In this document: piece after piece, positions 46,009 through 57,683 of the stretch
Layout of the letters: the number at the start of each line of letters is the position of its first letter
Numbering within the stretch: position 1 is the stretch's first letter
Origin: Selaginella moellendorffii
Lineage: Eukaryota > Plantae > Lycopodiophyta
Reading direction: 5' to 3'
NCBI RefSeq assembly: GCF_000143415.4
Contig: NW_003314279.1
Coordinates: forward strand, 2,007,090-2,071,089
DNA: 64,000 nt
Notes under the pieces: model-generated
Database searches by the model: none
Told to the model about the DNA's origin: nothing
What the model saw: only the letters and a program-made list of their open reading frames with translations
Made by a program: the position numbers and the translations under genes

Positions 46009-48570
46009 ATGGCGACCGCGATCTTGTGGAGCGCGCATTCTCCGCCTCTCCCGCAATGCGGCGTCTCGATCGGAGTGTTTCGAACGTCCCGAGCAGGGGC
46101 ATCGGCTTCGGCGGCGGTGGCGCCGTCCTGTGCCACTGGTGCCGACGAGATTTTCAGCGTGCGCGGTGCCGAGGAGGCGTCCAAGCAGATCGAGACGAGA
46201 GTCGCCAAGCTGGTGAGTGCCTTCTCGTCGCCGGGGGGGAAATCACAGGATCTGGAGGGTGTAGCGCTGTGTCCTCGTGTGGCGGGGCGTGTCCTAGAGA
46301 GGATGTCCGACCCAGATGCCGCGCTGCGCTTCTTCCACTGGGCGAGCAAGCAGCAGGGCTTCGATCACAACGTCTACACCTACAATCGCCTGTTTGAGGC
46401 GCTGCTGCGGGCTCGCCGGATCGATGAGACTTGCCACATCCTTAAGAACGGGTGGCCTCCCGGGATCACGCCCAACGTCTTCACGTATGCTGTGGTGATC
46501 CAGGGCCTGTGTAAGTCCGGGGATCTGGACAAGGCTTGCGAGCTCCTGGAGGAGATGAGAGAATCCGGGCCCGTCCCAGATGCCGCGATTTACAACTTCG
46601 TCATCCATGCTCTCTGCAAGGCCAGGAACACCGCAAAGGCTCTCGACTACTTTAGAAGCATGGAATGTGAAAAGAATGTGATCACGTGGACCATTATGAT
46701 CGATGGCCTCTGCAAGGCGAATCGCCTGCCCGAGGCCACCACCTATTTCGCGAAGATGAAGAAGAAAGGTACTGTGCCTAACGAGTGGACTTACAATGTG
46801 CTGATCAATGGATTTTGCAAGGTACACAAGGTGCACAGAGCCTACTTGCTGCTCAAGGAGATGAAAGAGTCGGGGCTTGCTCCAAATGTGGTGACTTACA
46901 GCACGGTTATCCATGGATTCTGCCGGCAGACAAAGGTTGACACGGCTTACAAGCTCTTCCGGCAAATGGTGGAGAACGGCTGCATGCCAAACCTTGTGAC
47001 TTACAACACGCTGCTCTCGGGGCTGTGCCGCAATGGGCTCATGGACGAGGCTTATGAGCTTTTGGACGAGATGAGGGAACGGGGGCTCCAGCCGGACAAG
47101 TTCAGCTATGACACCCTCATGGCTGGGCTTTGCAAGACTGGGAAGATCGATATGGCTTTGAAAGTCTTCGAGGATAACAGCAACGGTGATTGTCCTCCGG
47201 ACGTTGTAGCTTACAGCACTCTCATCGCTGGGCTTTGCAAGGCTGGAAGGCTGGACGAGGCTTGCAAGCTCTTTGAGAAAATGCGAGAGAACTCCTGCGA
47301 GCCTGACGTTGTCACTTTCACGGCACTCATGGATGGACTGTGCAAAGGGGACCGTTTGCAAGAGGCGCAACAGGTTTTGGAGACGATGGAGGACCGGAAC
47401 TGCACTCCCAACGTGATCACTTACAGCAGCCTGATCGACGGGCTTTGCAAGACTGGCCAGGTGCGAGACGCTCAAGAGGTTTTCAAGAGAATGATAGTCC
47501 GGGGCATTGAGCCAAACGTGGTGACTTACAACAGCTTGATCCATGGCTTTTGCATGACCAACGGGGTAGACTCCGCACTTTTGCTAATGGAAGAGATGAC
47601 AGCAACAGGGTGCCTTCCGGATATCATCACCTACAACACACTTATTGACGGACTTTGCAAGACGGGAAGGGCGCCGGAAGCGAACAGGCTGTTTGGAGAC
47701 ATGAAGGCCAAGTTTTGCAACCCGGATGTTATCACGTACAGCTGCTTGATCGGCGGGTTTTGTAAGCTGGAGAGAATCGACATGGCTCGCACGTTGTTCG
47801 ATGACATGCTCAAGCAGGCAGTCCTCCCCGATGTCGTCACTTTCTCGACACTAGTGGAAGGATACTGTAATGCTGGACTGGTGGATGATGCCGAGAGGCT
47901 TCTGGAAGAGATGGTTGCCAGTGACTGCTCTCCGGACGTGTATACTTACACAAGCCTGGTCGACGGCTTCTGCAAAGTCGGAAGAATGGTGGAGGCGCGC
48001 AGAGTTCTCAAGCGAATGGCCAAGCGGGGATGCCAGCCCAACGTGGTGACTTACACCGCTCTCATTGACGCGTTCTGCAGAGCTGGGAAGCCGACGGTGG
48101 CTTACAGGCTGTTGGAGGAGATGGTTGGCAACGGCGTCCAGCCGAACGTTATCACGTACAGGAGCTTGATCGGTGGCTTCTGTGGGACTGGGGACCTGGA
48201 AGAGGCTCGCAAGATCCTCGAGAGACTGGAGCGCGACGAGAACTGCAAGGCGGATATGTTCGCGTACCGGGTGATGATGGACGGGCTGTGTAGAACAGGG
48301 AGAATGAGCGCAGCTCTGGAGCTTCTCGAGGCCATCAAGCAGAGTGGCACGCCTCCTCGCCACGATATCTATGTGGCGTTGATCAGGGGGCTGTGCCAGG
48401 GGAAGGAGCTCGGCAAAGCCATGGAAGTTTTGGAAGAGATGACGCTCTCGAGGAAAAGCAGGCCAAATGCCGAGGCTTACGAGGCGGTGATCCAGGAGCT
48501 AGCAAGAGAAGGGAGGCACGAAGAGGCAAACGCGCTCGCAGACGAATTACTTGGTAACAAAGGCCAGTAA
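46009..48570 (+). CDS. P-class PPR protein, intronless, about 853 aa
   Basis: About 20 canonical 35-aa repeats (PNVVTYSTVIHGFCR...); transit-peptide-like N-terminus; ALRFFHWASKQQGFDH. Confidence 0.96.
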   Translation: MATAILWSAHSPPLPQCGVSIGVFRTSRAGASASAAVAPSCATGADEIFSVRGAEEASKQIETRVAKLVSAFSSPGGKSQDLEGVALCPRVAGRVLERMSDPDAALRFFHWASKQQGFDHNVYTYNRLFEALLRARRIDETCHILKNGWPPGITPNVFTYAVVIQGLCKSGDLDKACELLEEMRESGPVPDAAIYNFVIHALCKARNTAKALDYFRSMECEKNVITWTIMIDGLCKANRLPEATTYFAKMKKKGTVPNEWTYNVLINGFCKVHKVHRAYLLLKEMKESGLAPNVVTYSTVIHGFCRQTKVDTAYKLFRQMVENGCMPNLVTYNTLLSGLCRNGLMDEAYELLDEMRERGLQPDKFSYDTLMAGLCKTGKIDMALKVFEDNSNGDCPPDVVAYSTLIAGLCKAGRLDEACKLFEKMRENSCEPDVVTFTALMDGLCKGDRLQEAQQVLETMEDRNCTPNVITYSSLIDGLCKTGQVRDAQEVFKRMIVRGIEPNVVTYNSLIHGFCMTNGVDSALLLMEEMTATGCLPDIITYNTLIDGLCKTGRAPEANRLFGDMKAKFCNPDVITYSCLIGGFCKLERIDMARTLFDDMLKQAVLPDVVTFSTLVEGYCNAGLVDDAERLLEEMVASDCSPDVYTYTSLVDGFCKVGRMVEARRVLKRMAKRGCQPNVVTYTALIDAFCRAGKPTVAYRLLEEMVGNGVQPNVITYRSLIGGFCGTGDLEEARKILERLERDENCKADMFAYRVMMDGLCRTGRMSAALELLEAIKQSGTPPRHDIYVALIRGLCQGKELGKAMEVLEEMTLSRKSRPNAEAYEAVIQELAREGRHEEANALADELLGNKGQ

Positions 48571-48944
48571 AAAGAGATTGTAATCACAAATCCTGAATAT
48601 TGTGTGAATACTATAGATGTTCTCCTGGTATGTTTCCTAAGGCTTTTGCAGAAATCAACAACAGTGGCCGTAAAACTTATGTTCGATACCACTCATTTGC
48701 TAGCGATAAGGCAAAGGCTATATTATCCATCGTGTCATAATAGAATGTCATTGACTTTTTCAACCCGTGAGAATTCTAGCATCTCTTTAGCAAAAAATGA
48801 TTCCCTAGATCACATCCATAATAGATGGACCACCAGCATCACTTTTTCACCTGATTGTTAACTTTCATTTTTTCCTTCTTGATTTTTTTGAAAGTTCTTG
48901 ATCGTAAGCCACAAATTTTTCATTTTTGTCTATTCAACCACGTT

Positions 48945-49138
48945 CCAATTTTTTTTAGCCTTATGTCTATTCAATTACGTACTACATGAACAACCAAAGG
49001 TTCCCACTTATTGTACCAATTCTTTCTTAGCCTTATGTAGATTCAACTACGTACTACATGAACAACCAAAGGTTCCCACTTATTGTACCAATTCTTTCTT
49101 AGCCTTATGTAGATTCAACTACGTACTACATGAACAAC
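48945..49138. repeat. 72-bp tandem repeat (about 2.7 copies) upstream of MTPSL
   Basis: Unit ccaattctttcttagccttatgtagattcaactacgtactacatgaacaaccaaaggttcccacttattgta. Confidence 0.9.
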
Positions 49139-49241
49139 ATGAGCAACACAAGCAAGAAAACAACCATTCAACTGTTCAGTTTCTATTTTTATTTATAAAG
49201 CCCTCTTTTACAGTTTAAAGTTCATGTAGGACTCTTCTTTC

Positions 49242-50288
49242 ATGGCTGTTTCATCCATTGTGAGCATTTTCGCAGCAGAGAAAAGATATTCCATTCCACC
49301 AGTGTGTAAACTCCTTGCCTCTCCAGTGCTGAATCCTCTGTACGATGCAAAGGCCGAGTCTCAGATCAATGCGTGGTGCGCCGAGTTTCTGAAGTTGCAA
49401 CCTGGAAGCGAGAAAGCTGTGTTTGTTCAAGAAAGCAGGCTTGGATTGCTCGCGGCTTATGTTTACCCGACCATTCCATACGAGAAGATTGTTCCGGTTG
49501 GAAAGTTCTTCGCTTGGTACTTTCTTGCAGATGACATTCTGGATAGCCCGGAGATCTCCTCGTCGGACATGAGGAATGTGACAACTGCATACAAGATGGT
49601 TTTAAAGGGAAAATTCGACGAGGCCACGCTTCCAGTGAAAAATCCGGAGCTGCTGAGGCAAATGAAGATGTTATCTGAGGTCTTGGAAGAATTGTTCCTC
49701 CATATAGTGGATGAATCAGGCCGATTCGTGGATGCTCTGACCAAGGTGCTCGACATGTTTGAGATTGAATCGAGCTGGCTTCGCAAGCAAATCATTCCCA
49801 ACTTGGATACGTACCTCTGGCTGAGAGAGATCACATCTGGTGTTGCTCCTTGCTTTGCTCTGATTGATGGTTTACTGCAACTTAGGCTGGAGGAGCGTGG
49901 CGTGCTGGATCATCCTCTCATACGCAAGGTTGAGGAGATTGGGACGCACCACATTGCGCTCCACAATGACATGATCTCGTTCAGGAAGGAGTGGGCGAAA
50001 GGATACTACCTCAATGCCGTGCCCATTCTCGCCAGCAATTGTAAGTGTGGCTTGAACGAGGCAATTGGCAAGGTTGCGAGCATGGTGGAGGATGTGGAGA
50101 AGGATTTCGCCCAGACAAAGCATGAGATCGTTTCAAGTGGGCTTGCCATGAAGCAAGGAGTCATGGACTATGTGAACGGGATAGAGGTGTGGATGGCCGG
50201 AAACGTAGAATGGGCATGGACGAGCGCTAGATACCATGGAATTGGGTGGATCCCTCCTCCAGAAAAATCAGCGACCTTCCAACTCTAG
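49242..50288 (+). CDS. MTPSL: Microbial-type terpene synthase-like protein (class I), intronless, 348 aa
   Basis: DDILD aspartate-rich motif, YLWLREITSG sensor Arg, NDMISFRKE (NSE/DTE) triad, W..SARY; single-domain size. Confidence 0.93.
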   Translation: MAVSSIVSIFAAEKRYSIPPVCKLLASPVLNPLYDAKAESQINAWCAEFLKLQPGSEKAVFVQESRLGLLAAYVYPTIPYEKIVPVGKFFAWYFLADDILDSPEISSSDMRNVTTAYKMVLKGKFDEATLPVKNPELLRQMKMLSEVLEELFLHIVDESGRFVDALTKVLDMFEIESSWLRKQIIPNLDTYLWLREITSGVAPCFALIDGLLQLRLEERGVLDHPLIRKVEEIGTHHIALHNDMISFRKEWAKGYYLNAVPILASNCKCGLNEAIGKVASMVEDVEKDFAQTKHEIVSSGLAMKQGVMDYVNGIEVWMAGNVEWAWTSARYHGIGWIPPPEKSATFQL

Positions 50289-50322
50289 ATTGTTGCTCAA
50301 ATAGTAATTAATAATTTCTCTC

Positions 50323-51815
50323 ATGGAGTGTTTTAGAAATTCATATCTAAGCAGTGTTTTCGTCCTGAACAAGCAAATTGAAATGCACGGTAGATGTGGT
50401 AACATCAAGCATGCAGCTCAGATCTTCCATGGTATGGCCAAGAGGGACAAGTTCAGTTGGGATCTTTTGCTGGTTGCCTTCTGCAAAAACGGGCATTTTG
50501 ATGAAGCGCGAAGGCTCTTCAGCTGCATGCCGTGCTGGAGTCTCGTGTCATTTACTGCTATGATTTCTGTTGCCTCCCAGAGAGGCCAAAGCAAGAAATA
50601 CAATCTGTTACAAACTTGATGCCAGAGCACGATCTTTTCTCTGTAAACGCGGTGCTTTTTGCCTTTGCCGAAAATGGGCATCTTGATTCTGCCAAGGTAG
50701 TATTTAGCAAAATGCCTGCTCGCAACTTGGTGTCGTGGACGACGATGCTGGGGGCTTTATCTCAATTCGCGGATGTGGAAAGCACTTTTGAAGAGATGCC
50801 GGAGCACGATGTCGTCTCGTGCACTTGCGCAATTGCAGCATTCTCCCGTCACGGGCATCTGGAGTCTTCTCTGGAGCTCTTCCACGCCATGCGTGTGAGG
50901 AATTTCTCGACTTGCACCGCAATCCTCTCCGGCTACGTCCACTGCGGCCTCCTGAAAGAGTCCGAGCGCTTCTTTCACGATCAAATGCCACAGCACGATC
51001 TTGTCTCCGTCACAACGCTGCTCGTCGCCTACACCCAAAGCCAACGCCTTGAGGAAGCCAGCTGCCTCTTTGATTCTCTTCCGTACGTAGATGCCGTGTG
51101 TTGGAACGCCATAGCCACGGGACTTTCCCAGTGCGGCCTCCTGGACGAAACCACGAAAATCCTCGACAAAATGCCGGCATGGAATCTTGCAACCTGGAAC
51201 ACGCTGCTAACATCACACTCCTTGCAAGGGAATCTTACCGGGGCTAGAAGAGTCTTTCACGAAATGCCATACAAGAACTTGGTGTCGTGGAACGCAATGC
51301 TCTCGGCATATGCCCAAAACGGGCAGCTTTCTCTTGCAAGGAAGGTGTTCCAAACGATGCCCCTGCGCAGCGTTGAATCCTTCAGTGTAATGCTGACCGC
51401 ATATGCCCAAGCCAGCAGCCCCAGCGACGTGTTTGATTCCTTCGAAGAGATGAAGATAGTGGAGATGCCCGACGATTCCTGCTTCACTTTGGTGCTGATG
51501 GCGAGCAGCCAAGTGGGCGAGCCCAATGTCGGCGGCTCCTACTTCAACTCCATGCGTCTGGATTACGGGGTGGCGGCGAGAAAGCAACACTACTGCTGCA
51601 TCGTGGACATGCTGGGGCGAGCGGGATACCTGCATGCGGCGGAAGAGCTTGTGCAAACCATGCCTTTTCTTCCCAACTCGTGGGACTGGACGTCCATGCT
51701 AAGTTCTTCCAGAGGCGATAGAATCTGGAAAAACGGTGCTCGAGTGACGAAACGAGCTTTGCTTTCGGGCCCCAGCGATGGAGCTGCTCTTGTGCTGCTC
51801 GCACGCTCCTCATGA
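50323..51815 (+). pseudogene. PLS-class PPR gene with one frameshift near 50590
   Basis: ORF 50323-50619 (VFVLNKQIEMHGRCGNI..) continues in another frame (LMPEHDLFSVNAVL..HYCCIVDMLGRAG..MPFLP). Confidence 0.8.
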
Positions 51816-51889
51816 TTCTTACTACTTTTCCGAAACTTTACCTCTATAAAATGGGTTATCGAATTTAGGGCCCCGCCTCTCCGACGCCG

Positions 51890-53200
51890 CGACGATGTGG
51901 TCGCGAGTTTGAATCGCTTCTTGGACATCTGGAAGGCGGCATCGGCCATCGGCCAGGTTTTATCCTTACTACCATTTCTCGTATTTTGGAGCTGAATCGC
52001 GTGATTCTAGAGGAGGCGCATTGCCATTGTTACATGTGTTAGGGTCATTGACAATTTCAGCTCGGGTAGTCGAGGAGCAGAGTGCGTTATTCTTTCTTCT
52101 CATTCTTTTTTTATGATTTTTTTTTTCAAGGCACTTCCTTGCAAGTGACTGCTGTGATTTTCCTTCATCGGAGGCAAGCAGCACTCTTTTTTTCTTTTGC
52201 AAATGGTGATGCTACTTTCGTGAAATACTTTTTAGAGGATCTATGCAGCCATTTTGCCGCTCGCTGCCGGCTAATCCCATACAAGAATGTCTCGAGCCTG
52301 TGGATGGATCAATCCGGGGTAAGCGAAATCTGCCTTTTATTTCTTCGAGAGTTTAACTCCCGCTTCGCAGCACGAGAAAAATGGTTTGATGCTGTCACTC
52401 GGGCAGTCACAGGACATAGCTCAGTTCTTGTTTCTCTTCTTGAGTTCTTAAGAATCAAAACAGGCGGTGCTCCAGAAGAAGCTCTTGAAGCTCGAGTTCA
52501 CTACGCTCTTCGAGTACCTCCAAGTAAGAAACGTGCCGCGCAAACTCTGGTTTGTATGACGGTTTTTCGTGGCACATTTTAGAAGATTGTTGGAGCTGCC
52601 ATGAAACCAGTTGGCAGGCATGCTATGTTTTACTTTGCAGCGGCTGTCTCCGACTTCTACGTCCCCTGGAACTCCATGGTAAGAACTTCTCGTCTTCTCT
52701 CGTTTTGTTTTCGGTGGAAATCTCAAAAATAATCTTCTCTATCCAGATGGAGCACAAGATCCAGTCGGATGACGGCTCGATGACAATGCAGCTCGCTCCG
52801 GTTCCAAAGATGCTTGGATTGTTACGAAAGCATTGGGCTCCGGAGGCCTTTTGCGTCTCGTTCAAGGTTTTTCATTTCCTCTTTACTCTTCTCCTCTATA
52901 GCAGCTCAATCGAGCAAAGTTTTATATCGTATCAGCTGGAAACGGACGTGGACATACTCCTCAAGAAAGTACGCTCGTCGCTTTGCAAGTATGGCATGCA
53001 CGCGGTGGTCGGCAACGAGCTCGACACGAGGAAGAACAGGGTCGTGATTGTGACAAGAAAAGTAGAGATGGTTTTGGAAAAGGGTGACTGCTCCGACATA
53101 GAGTTGCCGCTGGTGAATTTTCTGGTCGGCCATGTATCTCCAGCAGCAACAAGCATGAATTTGGCAGCAGCACGAGAGCCTTGCGCTCGTCCCATCAAAT
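51890..53200 (+). pseudogene. Phosphopantothenate-cysteine ligase (PPCS/COAB) pseudogene
   Basis: [49 protein letters not shown]|LETD; the family GGTTVPLE and AST segments are missing and there is a frameshift near 52150. Confidence 0.85.
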
Positions 53201-53214
53201 CCTCCACAGGTCAA

Positions 53215-54010
53215 GTCCACTCACTCGCGAGTTCTTCCTTGTCTCAAACACTTGCCGGCTCCCAGGTCTTCCTCTCCAATCTCCTCATATAAATGTATGG
53301 AAGATGCGACCGATGCTCTCTTGGTTTTTGAGGGGTCTTGTTTGATCTCTTGTTCTTGGCATATGCCCAAAACGGACATCCACAAAGGTCACGGACGGCC
53401 ATGTTGGTATTATACGCACGGAATGGCCACCTTGGCGATGCCATGGGTCAGAGACATTGTGGCCAACTGTGGCATATGCATCTTGTTAAAGAGCTTAAAA
53501 TTTCTAGAGAGATGCTCAAAGAATCTTGTAGGGGGCATCTTGTTGGCGCCAAGTTCAGCGCGAGGGATGTTTGAAGTGATGCTTGAGCGAGATCTCGTGT
53601 GGAGCGTGATCTCGTGTCCTTGGCCAGAGTCTGTGGCATCTGATGAGCAGTAGAATAGGCGGACAAGCTGTCCTTGAAATCCCTTGCTAGTGCTTCTTAC
53701 AAATGCTCAGCTAATTTCTTATGCCGAGCGGGGCAATTGGATCCGCTAAGCTTTCCTTTGATGCTATGCCGGGAAGGGATCAAGTATCCTGGAATGCTAA
53801 AATTTTTGTGCCGGGCATTGTCACTGTCGAAACTGATGCTTGATAGTGTTCCTTATCATATTGGAATGCAATGTTATCAGCAGCATCTTCAGTTTTCCGA
53901 ATCAGTTTCTTTCATCAAATGCCAGACGTGTCTTGGAATGCAATGTTTTTCCTCATGCTTGCTTGGGATGTTATTTCCTTCAACACCTTATTGGGCAGTA
54001 TGCAGCTTGG
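53215..54010 (+). pseudogene. Heavily decayed PLS PPR pseudogene
   Basis: QVFLSNLLI*MYGRC, LAYAQNGH, MLERDLV, MLAWDVISFNTLL fragments in different frames. Confidence 0.7.
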
Positions 54011-55063
54011 AGGGAAACAAAGTATCGTTTTTCAAGCTGACACCCTTTGGTCAGTTGGATCCAATTGACTTAGGGTGTGAAGGATAAGATTTTAACAGTT
54101 CTTTTGGACCATGATAGCTGAGTCTATTGCTGGACTCACTATAACGAGGGAATGTGTTAATCTTCTTATGTAAAAGTGTTCATATGTGTGGAGGTTGTAC
54201 TTGCTATGTAAACCCTTCTCCATCAAACTTGCGGATGGATGCCTTTCCTTCTATAGTGCTATCCCAGCTCCGATACCATGAGACAAATCGGGATCAAAGC
54301 GCACCGCGCTAGCGGACAGAACAGGAAAACCCTAATGTCTACGTGGTGAGGGTGTGTCGTGTAACAATCCTGACTTGCCTGTGTTGGAGCCACGAGAACG
54401 TTGAGCCCGTTGCCACACTTATGATCGTGTTGAGCACCATGGGAGCAGCGCAAAAGTTGGTCATGTTGTGCTCGGCTATGGTGACAAAGATTCCTTTGGC
54501 CGTCACCTGTGGAAACGAGGAACTTTACTGCTATACGAGTGTAAATGAAGAGATGAGGAAAAGCAAACCTGGCGAAGACATATGTTGGTCCTGGCCAGAG
54601 CTGCGACTGCCCAAGGAAAGCACCACCCATTGCAATGGAAGAGCAGGAGAGTCCAGAGATAGATGCATGGCAAGCTTAAGCTGGCTTCACATCTTATTCT
54701 GGAAGAGGTCAGTTGTAGAATTGTGGAAGAAGACATAGAATAGAAGACATTTTTTTGCCTATACAGAGATTGAGGATGTGGCAGTGGTATGAAAGTCGAA
54801 AGTTCTCATTGTTGCTCCCCTGGATGTGGGATGTGGGATCTCAAAAGGACAGGCAGTGATCTGGTGAACCTTGTTGGAAGATAGAGAGTTCTTTTTTTCT
54901 TTTTCTAATGAACAGCTTATCATTTGCAGACATTTTCCAGGAGAATGACAAATGCCACCGAGTTGCTTCAGAGGGGCACAAGTTTCGAGATGCATGAATG
55001 TGGGTACAGTAAACATGCTGATTTTGTTCCGTTTCAAAGTGTCACTTGAGTTATTTCTTCTCA

Positions 55064-55195
55064 CAGCTCGATCATCTCCAGGAAATGGTCCCATTCCGCA
55101 AGGAAGCTAGTAGCATAGCTTAAGTCTCCAATGTGGAAAATTGCATCTACTACCTCTTTTGCCATGGCATCAATAACTTGCAGTGCACCAGGCTG
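55064..55195 (-). pseudogene. Purple acid phosphatase (nucleotide pyrophosphatase type) exon fragment
   Basis: QPGALQVIDAMAKEVVDAIFHIGDLSYATSFLAEWDHFLEMIE (GDxxY metal motif). Confidence 0.8.
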
Positions 55196-56624
55196 CAAAC
55201 ATAAATAGTTCAGGAGTGTGAATGCAATGTGTGAATGGTAATTTTTTCTTCTTGCTATCTCTTGCAATATGAGAGGTCATGTTTCTGTGCATAGGGGAGA
55301 ATATCATCCAGCCGTGTGGGCTGGGAAGTATGTGAATAGCTGGCAGACATCATTTGACATGAAAGACAGATGGCCACAGTAAAGTTCTTCTTCTTTTTCC
55401 CTTTTCTGACTAGTTTCGCTTGTAGAATAGACTTGCTAGTGGATGACAATAATTTGTGGGCATCTCACACTGGTCCCAGAGGCTGGAACGGTGAGATCAG
55501 TGGTTAGCTTTGCATAAATTTCTCAAGTTTTCTCTTTTAGATCCCGATATGCTCCAAGTGGGGAATGGTCAAATGTCCTTGGCTGACTTTCATTCACATT
55601 TTAGCATTTGGTCTATCATGAAGGTGTAAGCAATTAAATTTTCCATTCTACTTTAGTCACTTAACCACACCTCTGACCACTTGGAGGAATCTCATTCACA
55701 ACTTCCTTAAGTTCAATTCAGGACTTGGGATTTGCTAGTCCCGAGAATGGCATCCATGCCACTCAACCCTTGCACTTGGTCCAAATGCTCCACGTGTCCA
55801 GTCCCAAGACTGACACCCAAAGGTACCACTAACATATTGGCCTGTTACGCCAAGGCCATGCCCATTCACTTTTGCCACACTGGTGGTACAATACCACTTG
55901 CATCACAATCCCGTCTCTCCAAGACTGGGCCGTCCGTCCATGAGTGGTCATCCCAGATCCACTCCTTAGCATCTTTAGGATGCCTGCAGACATGGGAAAC
56001 AACCTTCCCCAATATCCCTTTAACAGTCCCCACCAAGATCCTTTTCTGTGCATGGCCATATTCACCAACACTACCACTGGATCAAGGCCCACAGGCCCAA
56101 CCACTAAGTCCCACTGTCCTTTGGGACTTCCTCACCACATGACCGTGTCATTGGTCACCAGAGGATCACTGCTCTTCCCTTCCATAGTCTGGGACTTTGG
56201 GACATCATTTTGGAACACCGCAGCCCTATGCGGGCCTCCTGGGTGCTCTCCCCACCTTCTGTCTTTGGGTGCTCTAGCCATGGGCTTAGAGCGAGGTTCC
56301 GTTGAGCCACGCTTAGTATCCAAGTAGGTAGTGCCACCCACACTTGGACTGGGAGCATCGGCCAGTCGATCTCCCGGGGGAACTAAAGCCGGCTCTTGAA
56401 CACTTCACCAGACTACCCCGCTTGTCGGTCCGTATTCACTCTAGTCTTAGACTTCCCAGTGGTCAGTTCATCACCCAATACTGGGTCTAGCCTTCCTGGG
56501 CCAAACTGGCCTTTCCTGGCCAAACTGGCTCCACTGCAATCCTCCCCCTTACTATACTTTTGGAGCTCACCAAACCCCCCAGAGTTTGGGAGACGAGCAC
56601 TTTGGGCTTTCACCCTCTTAGACT

Positions 56625-57195
56625 CAAACTTGGACTTGGACTCGGACTCGGACTCGGACTCGGACTCGGACTCGGTCTCGGGCTCGGCCTCGGCCTTGGT
56701 CTCGGTCTTGGTCCCGGTCCCGGTCCCGGTTGCAGTCTCGGTCTCAGTCTCGGTCCCGGTCTCGGTCCCGGCCTCGGTCTCAACCTCGGACTCCATCTCG
56801 GGTCCTTCTCGAACTCCATCTCGGACTCCGTCTCAGACTCCATCTCGGACTCCGTCTCGGTCCATCTCGAACTCCATCTCGGGTCCATCTCGGACTCCGT
56901 CTCGGTCCATCTCGAACTCCATCTCGGGTCCATCTCAGACTCCGTCTTGGACTTCATCTCGGACTCCATCTCAGACTCCATCTCAGACTCCATCTCAGAC
57001 TCCATCTCGGGTCCATCTCAGACTCCATCTCAGACTCCATCTCGGTCCATCTCAGACTCCTTCTCGGACTCCATCTCGGACTCCATCTCGGGTCCAACTC
57101 GGACCCCATCTCGGACTCCATCTCGGACTCCATCTCAGACTCCACCTCGGGTCCACCTCGGACTCCATCTTGGACTCCATCTCGGGTCCATCTTG
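56625..57195. repeat. 6/12-bp minisatellite (CTCGGA / CTCGGACTCCAT)n
   Basis: Visible periodicity, giving low-complexity ORFs in several frames on both strands. Confidence 0.92.
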
Positions 57196-57683
57196 GACAC
57201 TTCCATGTGTCATGTGTTAGTCCTTTTTGGGTCCCTTTTTAGAGCCTTGCTTATTGCTTGTTTCGTGCTCATTCCTCGAGCACTTTGTTGGGAGTTCCAC
57301 TCCCGCTCTCGACCTATCAAGTTGGAGCTTTTAGTCCAAATGTGTTACGCTCGTTTGGCTTTCGCTTCGGCCACTACCACGTGGCACCCTTCCGGCTCCA
57401 CTTTGGGGCCTAGGGATTTTGTGTCTCACAGAAGGTTTGCATGCTCATTTATCATTAACCCAGACTATAGTACCTTGCCTCAAGCACCTCTCATCATTGG
57501 CTATGAGTTGAGAACAATCACGAAAGAACACTTTGAAATTTACAAGAACACTAAGATAATAGTGGTAAATTAAGGTAAGTTTTTGAAGATTAGAGCTATT
57601 GCTTTTTTAATATTTTTCTTTTGATATGTAAAATACAAGGACGCAAAGTGAGCCGAATAGGACAGTCAGAGTTAATTACTTCT

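Larger units (their letters stand above)
54267..57428 (-). mobile_element. Degenerate LTR-retrotransposon-derived segment
   Basis: Minus-strand TGTCTCA followed directly by tRNA-Met PBS TGGTATCGGAGC (54267-54285); matching inverted terminus at 57422-57428; degenerate zinc-knuckle-like remnants around 55790-55895. Confidence 0.55.

Noticed and set aside
46294-47544. 416-aa antisense ORF and similar shadow ORFs opposite GC-rich genes
   Set aside because: They mirror the codon bias of the sense-strand genes and carry no protein motifs
48898-49218. 106-aa ORF with a 24-aa repeat
   Set aside because: TTG start, AT-rich, and simply a translation of the 72-bp tandem repeat
35275-50288. UGT plus MTPSL as a terpenoid biosynthetic gene cluster
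   Set aside because: They are 12.5 kb apart, separated by six unrelated genes, with no P450 or other tailoring enzyme; UGTs are abundant, so proximity is expected by chance
56396-57573. Long ORFs (274, 337, 170 aa) as protein-coding genes
   Set aside because: They are by-products of the stop-free minisatellite
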